The notes beneath the pieces were generated by a model. The model did not search any database. It was not told the origin of the DNA and worked only from the letters and a program-made list of their open reading frames with translations. Below, piece after piece: positions 18,701-27,716 of a DNA stretch of 64,000 bases. Made by a program: the position numbers and the translations under genes. Position 1 is the first letter of the stretch. Each line of letters begins with the position of its first letter. Source of the DNA: Candidatus Thorarchaeota archaeon (lineage in GTDB: Archaea; Asgardarchaeota; Thorarchaeia; Thorarchaeales; Thorarchaeaceae); the NCBI GenBank assembly GCA_008080745.1, contig SHMX01000005.1:31515-95514 (forward strand), in the 5' to 3' direction.

Positions 18701-20467
18701 CTAATATGGGGCTAATCTTGTAGCACCAAAAGCGTCTCGTATCTTTTTGGTCAGACCCCAAAGTTTTGGCATAGTTTCTCGTTCCAATACCTCCCGTTCC
18801 AGTTTTGGATGATTGAAGAAATAGAAACCTTGGTTCAGCGCTCGAATAGTGAATTCTCTTAGAGCTTTTGAGCTGAGGTCTTTTTCCCGTTGACTGGTAG
18901 GGTCTATTTGCACCACAAATTCCACACATGCAAAGTGGGGACCTGCACCGGGAAGTATCATCAGACCCCAGAGATGCTCTTTCACTGCCTCTGGATAGAA
19001 CTCTTCAAGGGTTGTAGCGAAGAGGTCAATGCATTCCTGTACTCTACTTGGTGCTACTCTTCCTGATTTGAATAGGAGACCTCCCTTCTTCCTCATGAGG
19101 CGGGCTGTTATCTCATTATATTCGAGCATCTTTCCACCTCTAATCAACCAATCGTAGCGATAGTCTTCCATTCCTGAGTTTTTCATCAGGATGTATACGG
19201 ATTCAGGATCTGCATCGGGACTATATGGCCAGAAGAAATGCTTCTGATAATCCGTTGCATCTCTTATCTTCTCAGTATTGAGTTCTTTATTTTCAAGAAC
19301 GTCTTGAAACCTCTTTTCGTCTAGCTTGACTTTTCTCTCAGTACCCATGAGAAATAGGAGGTTCACATACTTGATTCCCTGCAGGGCTAGAAAGCCCTTG
19401 AAGACTTCTTGATAGGATTCTCTATCCTTGTATTTTCGACCCTTTGTCATGACTTTGATGCCTGTCATCAGGGCTTTGAGTTTGCTCTTGATGGTGGCCT
19501 CAACTCTCTCAACATCTTTGTTGGAATGTTGGGCTGCAAGAGCATTGTCTTCAGGAACACCAATCAATCCTCCAAAACCTATCTCTCTCTCAGCTGCCTC
19601 TGTAACGACTCTGACCGAGTTTTCTATGCTTCCAAACCCATGGCAGAGAATCTTGATAACCTCGGGTCTTCTGTATACTTTCACGCACATCTTGGTGACA
19701 ATACCATTTCCACCAACGCTTTGATGTGGAAATCCTGTCAAGTCTGGACCCCATGCCTGAACACTCACTCTTCCCCCATCGAGTTCTGGTTCATTCCTGA
19801 CACCAGGCTCCCGCGATTTGGTTTTCAAATCGGGTTCATTTACTAAGGAACCCGTTCTTACAATTTCCCCATTGGGTAGTACCATCTCCAAACCAACTGT
19901 TTCCATAGCACCATACCCAAATCTGCCAGAGAAAAATTTGAAGCCAGCATAGAGGTTATTTCCCACAACACTTGCAGAACCAGGGGCCCCGGGCACATTG
20001 ATTCTCAAATTGTATGGCTCAAGAATTGCTTGGGCCCTTGCATAACTTACGAAGGGTTCAACGGTGAGAGTGAGACCATCTCTATCAACCTCTAGGACAC
20101 GATTCATCCGCTTGAGATCAATCATAATCCCTCTGAATAGTGCAATAGCCATTGCTGCAGTGTTCACATTGGTTGACATGACATGAACAGGTACATTATG
20201 TTCGGAAGCAACTTTACACACATGTACAATGTCTTCAGCTGAGCCTGGTAGTACCACAATATCGGGTATTCGATACTCATTAACATCATGACTACCACTG
20301 CCTGATGAGTCCTTACTATATGCCACACGAATTGCCCAATCTCTCGAAACATATCGGGGTTCAATTACAGAAGACAGTTTGCTTACAATCTTTGCAGCTA
20401 ATTCCTCTTCCATCTCTTCATGCTTAGCAAGTAGTTTCTTTGACTCCTCGAAAACGTGTTGTTCCAT
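18701..20467 (-). CDS. FAD-linked oxidase (GlcD/D-lactate dehydrogenase-like, PCMH-type FAD-binding domain) with C-terminal extension
   Basis: FAD_binding_4-like N-terminal region (IVVLPGSAEDIVHVCKVASEHNVPVHVMSTNVN...LEVDRDGLTLTVEP). 588 aa. Confidence 0.65.
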   Translation of the reverse strand: MEQHVFEESKKLLAKHEEMEEELAAKIVSKLSSVIEPRYVSRDWAIRVAYSKDSSGSGSHDVNEYRIPDIVVLPGSAEDIVHVCKVASEHNVPVHVMSTNVNTAAMAIALFRGIMIDLKRMNRVLEVDRDGLTLTVEPFVSYARAQAILEPYNLRINVPGAPGSASVVGNNLYAGFKFFSGRFGYGAMETVGLEMVLPNGEIVRTGSLVNEPDLKTKSREPGVRNEPELDGGRVSVQAWGPDLTGFPHQSVGGNGIVTKMCVKVYRRPEVIKILCHGFGSIENSVRVVTEAAEREIGFGGLIGVPEDNALAAQHSNKDVERVEATIKSKLKALMTGIKVMTKGRKYKDRESYQEVFKGFLALQGIKYVNLLFLMGTERKVKLDEKRFQDVLENKELNTEKIRDATDYQKHFFWPYSPDADPESVYILMKNSGMEDYRYDWLIRGGKMLEYNEITARLMRKKGGLLFKSGRVAPSRVQECIDLFATTLEEFYPEAVKEHLWGLMILPGAGPHFACVEFVVQIDPTSQREKDLSSKALREFTIRALNQGFYFFNHPKLEREVLERETMPKLWGLTKKIRDAFGATRLAPY

Positions 20468-20469
20468 CT

Positions 20470-21744
20470 TTATTTACCTCCTATCGCTCTTCTAACCAGT
20501 TCCGTCAACTCAATCACTTCCAGCGGCTTATCTCCTGATTCAGACGCTTCCTTTTTGGCCCCGTCCTCTAGACCACGAACACAAAATGGGCATGCAGTTA
20601 CAAATGTATCCGCTCCCTTGTTTCTTGCCTCACTAACTCTAAGTTTTGCAATGTATTCTGCATATTCAGGAAGCCCTGCTTTTACGCCTCCTCCAGACCC
20701 GCAGCATAGGGTGGCATCCATCTCCCGATCGAGAGTTATTCTTTTTGCTCCAGGTATACTATCTATCACCTTTCTCGGTTCATCATATACGGCATTTGGA
20801 AACATGTGCCTTCCGAGATGACATGGATCATGGTAAGCAATCTTCATGTCCATTGGTTCATTCAGCTCAAGCTCGCCAGAATCCATCTTTTCTGCCATGA
20901 ACTGGGTGACATGTATGGTTTCAAAAGGTAGGTCTTCTCCAAGAATTCTTGGCCAATCTTTCACTACAGTCCTGTAACAGCCTGCGCATGAGAATATGAC
21001 TGTCTTTGCTCCTGATTCCTGAATAACCTTGACATTCTCTCTAACAAGACGTTCAACATCTTCCAGTTGCCCTGTACGAATTAATGGGGACCCGCAACAA
21101 ATCTCCTTGGAGCTGACAGAGTAATCCGTGTCTGTAGTCTCTAAGACTGTAGTGGTTGCTTTAGCAATATCCTGATATCGATATCCCGTTGTACATCCTA
21201 CAAAATAAAAGACGTCTGATTCTAGCTTGTCTCGTCTGGACTGGTCCTCTATCCACATATTTCTCTCACTTGACTCTCCATAGGGATTGTCAACTTTCTT
21301 TACACTCTCTGCAAATTTCTTCTGACTAGGTAGTGGACCAACTCCCTGCTCAACTAACAATGCACGAATACCCTCCGTGACATGTACTGGAAGGACATTC
21401 GTATCATTGACATATCGACAGGTAGCCTCACATGCACCACATGTTGTACAAGAGAATATAATTTCTTCAATAGCCTTGGACTCCTTCAGAGGATATTCCC
21501 CTCTTAGGATCGCACGAGCCAATTCATTTCTTCCTGGTGAATAATATGCATCAAACCCAAAATACAGTCCTGCTGGGCAGGTATCTGAGAATCTCTCTGA
21601 TTCGGTCAGAGAAGGAAGGGTATGATAACACAGACCACAATGCACACAACTTAGTGCGGCGTCCAGAAGACCTTCTCTTGATTGCTTTTCTTCTAATGTC
21701 ATGTTATGCACCTCCCATATTCGACACAATCCCGCCCTCTCCAT
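20470..21744 (-). CDS. CCG-domain iron-sulfur protein (GlcF/HdrD-like)
   Basis: Two ferredoxin-type motifs (CVHCGLCYHTLP, CTTCGACEATC) plus two Cys-rich CCG-like segments (FVGCTTG...CCGSP, FSCAGCY...CCGSGGG). Confidence 0.75.
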   Translation of the reverse strand: MERAGLCRIWEVHNMTLEEKQSREGLLDAALSCVHCGLCYHTLPSLTESERFSDTCPAGLYFGFDAYYSPGRNELARAILRGEYPLKESKAIEEIIFSCTTCGACEATCRYVNDTNVLPVHVTEGIRALLVEQGVGPLPSQKKFAESVKKVDNPYGESSERNMWIEDQSRRDKLESDVFYFVGCTTGYRYQDIAKATTTVLETTDTDYSVSSKEICCGSPLIRTGQLEDVERLVRENVKVIQESGAKTVIFSCAGCYRTVVKDWPRILGEDLPFETIHVTQFMAEKMDSGELELNEPMDMKIAYHDPCHLGRHMFPNAVYDEPRKVIDSIPGAKRITLDREMDATLCCGSGGGVKAGLPEYAEYIAKLRVSEARNKGADTFVTACPFCVRGLEDGAKKEASESGDKPLEVIELTELVRRAIGGK

Positions 21745-23191
21745 TGAACAACATAGAGGGATGCATGATATTTTGTGGATCCATGACGCCCTTCAGACGT
21801 CGTAATGAATGGTAGTATTGTTGAAGTTCGGCTCTTTTATAGACCAATTCCGATACTATTGAGTTTCGAGGGACATTGATTACACCACCACTATCCAAGA
21901 TGACTTCGTACATACCTTTGTAGAGCTCTGACAAGTTCACGTCTCCCATCATTGGTAGATTAGCAGGACTAGCATTAGGTTCTCCATAGAATAGGTCGTA
22001 TTCACAGAAGTAGGTTCTCCCTAATTCTATAGAGTTCATAATGAATCCTATTGATTCGTCCTCATCTACTCCAATACCTCGAAGGTATTCTGTCATTGCA
22101 TCTCTAATTCTTGAGAGCATGCCCGCTGTTGTGTAAAATTCGACCCGAATATGTGGATCGTATTCGAAGTGGTGGATTGCACTCTCTGGTTTCCTGTATT
22201 CCTTCTCAAGTGTCTCATTTATTCCACCTGTGGGTGGTTCCTCTGACAATTCGAGTTTCAATCCGTTTGCAGCTTCCTCTAAATCTTTTTTCTCAACATC
22301 AATAAGTTCTCGACTTCCTCCTAATGCAAAGATTGCAGTCCATTTCGGTAATTGACTTTTTAGAGTTCTATACGAATTTTTGGAGCTGCCTATGAGCCCG
22401 GCAAACATTCTATTATCAACGAGCATAACTGATTGAGCCGCTTCTGTGGAAAGCGTTAGTTTACGGGTACTAGATACAAGCTCATCCAAAGATTCACTCT
22501 GAGAATAGAGGAATTCGTATTCATCCAGTTTGTATTTTATCTTGCAGCTTGCCTGAGTCAAGATTCCGAATGCACCCATCCCTCCCAAAATCAACCTTCC
22601 AACATCCATTCTTGGTGAGAATGGACAGTCACCTTGTGGCGTTCCAGTCTCCAAGCCGTCAGATCCAGTAGAAACCACTGAGCCATCATATGTTGCAAAC
22701 ATGTAGGTTAGAATCATCCAATCTTGTTCGTAACCATGTCGATTGGCCTCAAGCAATGGATACCTTCCATAATAGGTACTAAGTACTGAGGTTTCCCCCG
22801 ACATTCGAATGGGTGTTATTACTCGAAAGCCATCTTTCTCAAGTGTTTCATTTAATTGGTTGAAAGACAATCCTGGCTCAATATCAACACTCATTCCATC
22901 AAAAGATGCATTGATTGAAGTAATCTCTTGTAGTTTACTCATATCAATGATAATACTATCTTTTGAAGATAGCGTACTTCCATGAAAATCATACTTTGAA
23001 CTTGCAGGAACAAGGGACACCTTGTGTTTGGTTGCAATTTTCATTATCTCTGATATTTCTTTTTTATCCGTTGGCTGAATCACAGCTTGAACTGTACTTT
23101 CAGCTATGGGGAAAAAAGGATTTATTCTATACTTATTCAAGATCTGATCATCTATCAACAAATCTTTCAGATCTTCTCTCCAGCTACTCAT
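21704..23191 (-). CDS. FAD-linked oxidase (GlcD/GlcE-like)
   Basis: FAD-binding-domain-like N-terminus (VIQPTDKKEISEIMKIATKHKVSLVPASS...DMSKLQEITSINASFDGMSVDIEPGLSF). It heads a three-gene, same-strand cluster with 20470..21744 and 18701..20467. Confidence 0.6.
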   Translation of the reverse strand: MSSWREDLKDLLIDDQILNKYRINPFFPIAESTVQAVIQPTDKKEISEIMKIATKHKVSLVPASSKYDFHGSTLSSKDSIIIDMSKLQEITSINASFDGMSVDIEPGLSFNQLNETLEKDGFRVITPIRMSGETSVLSTYYGRYPLLEANRHGYEQDWMILTYMFATYDGSVVSTGSDGLETGTPQGDCPFSPRMDVGRLILGGMGAFGILTQASCKIKYKLDEYEFLYSQSESLDELVSSTRKLTLSTEAAQSVMLVDNRMFAGLIGSSKNSYRTLKSQLPKWTAIFALGGSRELIDVEKKDLEEAANGLKLELSEEPPTGGINETLEKEYRKPESAIHHFEYDPHIRVEFYTTAGMLSRIRDAMTEYLRGIGVDEDESIGFIMNSIELGRTYFCEYDLFYGEPNASPANLPMMGDVNLSELYKGMYEVILDSGGVINVPRNSIVSELVYKRAELQQYYHSLRRLKGVMDPQNIMHPSMLFNGEGGIVSNMGGA

Positions 23192-23361
23192 TTCCTAAAC
23201 CTCTCAATGACTAATCTTCAATCTCTCCCAATGATATTGAGTCAAAGTCGTGGACTGTTTTCGGGATGCTCAATCTGATTCCTTATGAAATTTACTCAAA
23301 AAACTAGAATTAATCAAATGGTTACATAATGTAGAAAATAGTTGACGTTTTAGACTGAAAC

Positions 23362-23577
23362 TTAACTTGTGTCATCAGGTCTGTAGGTCCCCATGTAGAA
23401 CTCTTCTAGCTTTCCTTCATCCGAAGCCATTTCTGCAAGCCGAGTTCTCTCCCTCACTTGCTCTTGATTTAGACACCTATGACATTCGCCACAGTACATC
23501 TCCCTGATATGCCATTTGTTGTAGCGTTTGCGCTTTTTGGTACTTCCACAATACGGGCATGGCTCGAAATTTGTCAT
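23362..23577 (-). CDS. Small zinc-ribbon protein
   Basis: 71 aa with CPYCGS...CGECHRC (4 Cys in two CxxC pairs). Confidence 0.4.
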   Translation of the reverse strand: MTNFEPCPYCGSTKKRKRYNKWHIREMYCGECHRCLNQEQVRERTRLAEMASDEGKLEEFYMGTYRPDDTS

Positions 23578-23627
23578 ATCTTCTCATGCGTATAGAAACT
23601 GATAAGTATCTTGTAAACAATCTATAG

Positions 23628-23840
23628 TTGGTAATTTTACGTATTTTTGGAGAAGATGAGTTGCCACTAGACGATTACAAAGATGTGGAATGGTTTTGGA
23701 GTGAATCAGACGAACCGAAAAATACTGTCAAAATTCGTTTTCTGGATTGTGGAGTGATAACATTGTCTATGAAAGCACAACCAGAGAATCCTGAAATTGC
23801 AAAAACATTTGTTCGCTTATACAAGCTACTAGAAATGTAG
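23628..23840 (+). CDS. Small hypothetical protein
   Basis: 70-aa ORF in an otherwise non-coding ~0.9-kb region. No motif. Coding status uncertain. Confidence 0.25.
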   Translation: MVILRIFGEDELPLDDYKDVEWFWSESDEPKNTVKIRFLDCGVITLSMKAQPENPEIAKTFVRLYKLLEM

Positions 23841-24015
23841 ACTATTTGGTAAAACCACATTTGTTTGACATGGTTTTCCACACGGCAGCAAAAAGTAGAA
23901 TTCTTTCGTACAGTTTCAACTGAATACGATTGCGGGCGGTGTGAGTGGTACACTATATAGGGGATGATATTCACGATATGTGACTACAATTCGACTTAGA
24001 ACATCACACTTATAT

Positions 24016-24061
24016 GGTTTGTAACACAAACTGAAATCATATAAGGTTTGTACTACAAACT
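24016..24061. promoter_or_regulatory. Two copies of a palindromic GGTTTGTA-N-ACAAACT motif: candidate operator upstream of the DUF362 gene
   Basis: GGTTTGTAACACAAACT (24016-24032) and GGTTTGTACTACAAACT (24045-24061). Each is an inverted repeat GTTTGT-n3-ACAAAC, and both sit 76-121 bp upstream of the ATG at 24137. Confidence 0.4.
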
Positions 24062-24136
24062 ATTATTTGGAAACGAATGGAATGAATAATGGATTAGTAA
24101 GATTGCTGCTAACCCTCGTCCCTTTCGTTTTAGCCG

Positions 24137-25378
24137 TTGGATGGAGTTCTAAACATGACAGAAAAATCAAAGGTCTACTATGGTTCTGTGATAGCTGGGC
24201 AACCTGAGAGATTTGCAAACCCCTCTGAAAAATTGGATAAGATTCTGGAGAATCTTGATTTGAGTACCATTGAGAAACGTGACAAGGTGGCAATCAAAAT
24301 GCATCTTGGCTTCAATGATGGTTATCAAACAATACCTGTGTTTTTTGTAAGACGAATTGCCAAGGCCATCAAAGAACAGGGTGGTTTCCCGTTTGTAACT
24401 GATAATCCAACTGCTGTGTATAATGCGGCTGCCCGTGGTTATACCTCTGAGACCTGTGGTTGTCCCTTGATTCCTATTGCAGGTGTGAAGGATGGATATA
24501 CAACCCAGAAGGAGATTGGATACAAGGGTGTAGATGACCTGGATGCTGCCGGGGTACTACTCGATGCTGATGTACTGGTCAATCTATCACATACAAAGGG
24601 GCATGGTACTTGTGGTTACGGTGGCGCATTCAAGAATCTAGCTCTTGGTGGATATAGTGGTCCCTCACGTTGGCGAAAAATTCACGGAGTAGAACAATTT
24701 GACACATATTTTGACAAAGATAAGATGACCAAAGAACATATTCTGAAACTTCGTGAAGCTTGTCCTTTGGACGCACCAAATTGGAATGATCAGACAGAGA
24801 CCCCTTCACTAGCTTTCTATGCCTGTGATCAATGTCACGGGGCAGAAAAAAAACCCTGTGAAGAAGCGGACTCTGGATTAACTGGATGGACTATTAAAGA
24901 GGAGAATTTCTACTCTTTCCAAGAACTTATGGCACATGCCACAAAAACAATCTTAGATTCTTTTAAAGAAGATAAGATGTTTCATATCAATGTCATGATG
25001 GATATCACACCCTTCTGTGATTGTATGGGTATGGGTATGCCACAGGTCATTCCTGACGTTGGAATAGCTGGAAGCCGAGATATTGTAGCTGTTGAATATG
25101 CAAGCCTAGACCTCATTGCGGGTGCAGGTCTTATCGAGGGTGTTGTAAAACAGATTCCTAAAAGCTACATGAGAATCAATCCTGATTTAGAAACAGATCT
25201 CCATCCATTCCAAATCTTACATGGCCCATTCAAGAATCCCTACAAGGTTGCAGAATATGGGGAATCCATGGGTCTTGGCTCTCGTGACTATGATCTTGTG
25301 GAGATACTCTCTCCAGAAGAAACTGCTAAGATGGATAGTTCAGGTCATACCTATGAGGGTGGACCAAGCTTTTTCTAA
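24137..25378 (+). CDS. DUF362-family protein with C-terminal extension
   Basis: KVAIKMHLGF and NLSHTKGHGTCGYGGAFKNLALGG match the conserved DUF362 core blocks. There are several Cys clusters. Confidence 0.55.
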   Translation: MDGVLNMTEKSKVYYGSVIAGQPERFANPSEKLDKILENLDLSTIEKRDKVAIKMHLGFNDGYQTIPVFFVRRIAKAIKEQGGFPFVTDNPTAVYNAAARGYTSETCGCPLIPIAGVKDGYTTQKEIGYKGVDDLDAAGVLLDADVLVNLSHTKGHGTCGYGGAFKNLALGGYSGPSRWRKIHGVEQFDTYFDKDKMTKEHILKLREACPLDAPNWNDQTETPSLAFYACDQCHGAEKKPCEEADSGLTGWTIKEENFYSFQELMAHATKTILDSFKEDKMFHINVMMDITPFCDCMGMGMPQVIPDVGIAGSRDIVAVEYASLDLIAGAGLIEGVVKQIPKSYMRINPDLETDLHPFQILHGPFKNPYKVAEYGESMGLGSRDYDLVEILSPEETAKMDSSGHTYEGGPSFF

Positions 25379-25417
25379 GGCTCTTTTGAGATAGCAAGCG
25401 AAAGGTTCGCTTGCTCC

Positions 25418-26323
25418 TCATTCTTTCTCGTCCAAATCTTCAACCTCTTTTGTCTTTACAATCTTCACACTTACTCGTGTAAATACCGCAAAGAGCATGA
25501 GGAAAATAATTACTGCAATGATTCCTGCAACAATATTCTGAACCAAGGTGTTGAAAATGGTATAGATTCCCAACATGACAGCTGCAGTACCTACAGTAGG
25601 GATAAGTCGTTTTGCCTTTACAGAATTAACAAAATATGCTGCAAAGGGTGCAGATAATACCGCTCCTATTAATAGAGGAATTTCAAGCTGTAGGAACAGG
25701 TCTAGACTTAATGTCGTCCTCTCTAGGAGGATGTAGAGCCCGTATGATGTTCCCGTTGTGACTGCTTCTGCTGTTGCTGTGGAAGCAACTGCTTTCTTGC
25801 TCTTTCGTCCTGACAATATCTGACCACCAGCAACTACTGCGCCATAACCTCCACCACTCAAGCTCTTGTTTATAGCAGCAATCAACCCGAACATGGTGAC
25901 ACGTCTGTAGGTGAAATTCCACCTATATCTCTGAGCTACAAGAGATCCTGTGATAATCACGGTTAGTGCAACATAGACTGTGATAATCATTTCAGAAAAT
26001 GAAACTGCTATCGACACACCAATGGCAGCTCCTATCATACCCATAGTTGATAGAATTGCTGAAACCTTGAAGTCCTTTGATTCTGGATCCGAACTGATAG
26101 TACCTGCTAATCTGTGGAGTACGGCGGTAATTGCAGATGAAACAAATTCTGAAAATAATATTGCTGGAACAACTCGATATACCGAATAACCCCCTATTAG
26201 GAGAACGGGGGCCAAGATAGTACCATAACCAAGTCCCAAGGTAGAATCAAAATACTTGCTAATGAAACCGACAATGCACAATAATATGAACAAGAACATG
26301 AAAATGTCCATTCTTCTGCACAC
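25418..26323 (-). CDS. TauE/SafE (DUF81)-family membrane permease
   Basis: About 8 TM helices with the glycine-rich repeat motifs LGLGYGTILAPVLL and GGGYGAVVAGGQIL characteristic of DUF81. Confidence 0.65.
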   Translation of the reverse strand: MCRRMDIFMFLFILLCIVGFISKYFDSTLGLGYGTILAPVLLIGGYSVYRVVPAILFSEFVSSAITAVLHRLAGTISSDPESKDFKVSAILSTMGMIGAAIGVSIAVSFSEMIITVYVALTVIITGSLVAQRYRWNFTYRRVTMFGLIAAINKSLSGGGYGAVVAGGQILSGRKSKKAVASTATAEAVTTGTSYGLYILLERTTLSLDLFLQLEIPLLIGAVLSAPFAAYFVNSVKAKRLIPTVGTAAVMLGIYTIFNTLVQNIVAGIIAVIIFLMLFAVFTRVSVKIVKTKEVEDLDEKE

Positions 26324-26402
26324 TCCATTCTTTATATGGGGATTTCAAACTCGATACCTGCTTGGCTTCACTCCATATCCCTTTATTTTTGTTGCTTTTG
26401 TG

Positions 26403-27716
26403 TTATTCAATCATGGGATCAGGTAATTTGAGCCCTTCATGTGCTTTTTCCTCAAAGACCTGCTTAGCAGCCACCATGAGGCTCTTCTCAATACCTGCAA
26501 TGTTGTGGTTGGTTGCAACAAGCATGTTGACCTTGGTGATGAGACCGTCATCATCTGTCCAGTAGTTGTGGATGAGCGTTCCGCGTGGCGCCTCCACACA
26601 ACCTACACCTTGTCCTTTTCTTGGCTCGACATCGGATAGTTTCACATCTGTACTGACTATCTCTGGGTCCTCAAGTAGCATCTCTATCTCTTCAATGGCT
26701 TGGACCAATTCGATGATTCTAGCCCAGTGGTATGCAAAAGTTGCATGTATCACTCTTCCAAGCTTGTCACGCATCTCTTGTAATGCTTCGTCAGCTAAGG
26801 GTGTTGCCATCTTGTCGACAACATTGCATCGCGCTAGTGAATTAGCTCGCCAAATTCCCTCAGGATATCCTACAGGTTTGTAATAAATGTGGGTTGCATA
26901 GGAGTGGTCGGAAACATATTCGCCCATGTATTTCTTGTAACTCCTTGGTGTGAAATCTTCAACGATTTCTCCCTCGGGGTTCATCACACGCAGCTTACCT
27001 TCGTAGATTTCTAAGTTTCCTTTGTCATGCAGACCGACATAATATGTTGGTGCAATAGCTAATTTTGTAATCGGGTCCCAGTAATCAGTCACAACTTTCT
27101 TTGCTAGGTCTACAGTTTGAAGTGTCCAATCTTTTGCTTCTTTCACCCTCTCAAGGAATATGTCTCTTTTCTCTTCAGAGAATGGATTTAGCATTCCACC
27201 TGGTGTTGCAGTAACTGGATGTATTGCTTTACCACCAACTGCTGTTACCAGATCTTGACCAAACTTCATTACTTGCAGGGCGAGTTTTCCTACATCGGGT
27301 AATTCTTTGATAATTGTGGCAACATTGCGTTTTGCAGGGTCCGCAAAGGGTCCCACAACAAAGTCCGGAGCTGCCAAGGCAAAAAAGTGCAGAGCATGAC
27401 TGCTATATTGTTTTGCATTGATTGCCAATCTTCGTAATTTTATGGCTGCCGGAGGTGGAGTTACTTTCCATGCGTCCTCAACAGCTTTCACAGAGGCAAG
27501 ATGATGTGGAACTGGGCAAATACCACAGATTCGAGGAGCAACTCTTGGTGCCTCCTCAGCAAATCTGCCCTCTAGGAACTTCTCAAAGAATCGTGTGGAT
27601 GACACATTGAATTGTACATCCTTGACTTTACCATCTTTTGTCATCTTTACTGTTAACTCACCATGTCCCTCAAGTCGGGTGACTGGATGAATTTTGATAG
27701 TCTTTTCGTCAGTCAT
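26403..27716 (-). CDS. mvhA: [NiFe]-hydrogenase large subunit (group 3c, MvhA-like) with no C-terminal DPCxxCxxH motif
   Basis: N-terminal RLEGHG...RICGICPVPHH (L1 Ni-binding motif) and an internal EAPRGTLIHNY. The ORF ends ...LPDPMIE then TAA. I found no Cys-containing continuation in any frame within the ~95 bp before the next gene. Confidence 0.85.
   Translation of the reverse strand: MTDEKTIKIHPVTRLEGHGELTVKMTKDGKVKDVQFNVSSTRFFEKFLEGRFAEEAPRVAPRICGICPVPHHLASVKAVEDAWKVTPPPAAIKLRRLAINAKQYSSHALHFFALAAPDFVVGPFADPAKRNVATIIKELPDVGKLALQVMKFGQDLVTAVGGKAIHPVTATPGGMLNPFSEEKRDIFLERVKEAKDWTLQTVDLAKKVVTDYWDPITKLAIAPTYYVGLHDKGNLEIYEGKLRVMNPEGEIVEDFTPRSYKKYMGEYVSDHSYATHIYYKPVGYPEGIWRANSLARCNVVDKMATPLADEALQEMRDKLGRVIHATFAYHWARIIELVQAIEEIEMLLEDPEIVSTDVKLSDVEPRKGQGVGCVEAPRGTLIHNYWTDDDGLITKVNMLVATNHNIAGIEKSLMVAAKQVFEEKAHEGLKLPDPMIE

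Noticed and set aside
21704-21744. Overlap of FAD oxidase and CCG protein genes as evidence of gene fusion or frameshift
   Set aside because: The 41-nt overlap is in different frames, and the downstream gene probably starts at a later Met. Ordinary operon overlap is more likely.
23948-23966. ACTATATAGGGG element as a strong TATA/BRE promoter
   Set aside because: It is AT-rich and palindromic, but it lies ~170 bp upstream of the nearest start. Without TSS data it cannot be distinguished from background AT-rich sequence, so only the paired palindromes nearer the gene are reported.
26324-26402. Possible VhuU-like selenopeptide ORF downstream of the truncated mvhA
   Set aside because: I translated all frames of the ~95-bp gap. 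There is no DP(C/U)xxCxxH and no in-frame TGA, so the small subunit peptide is not encoded here.
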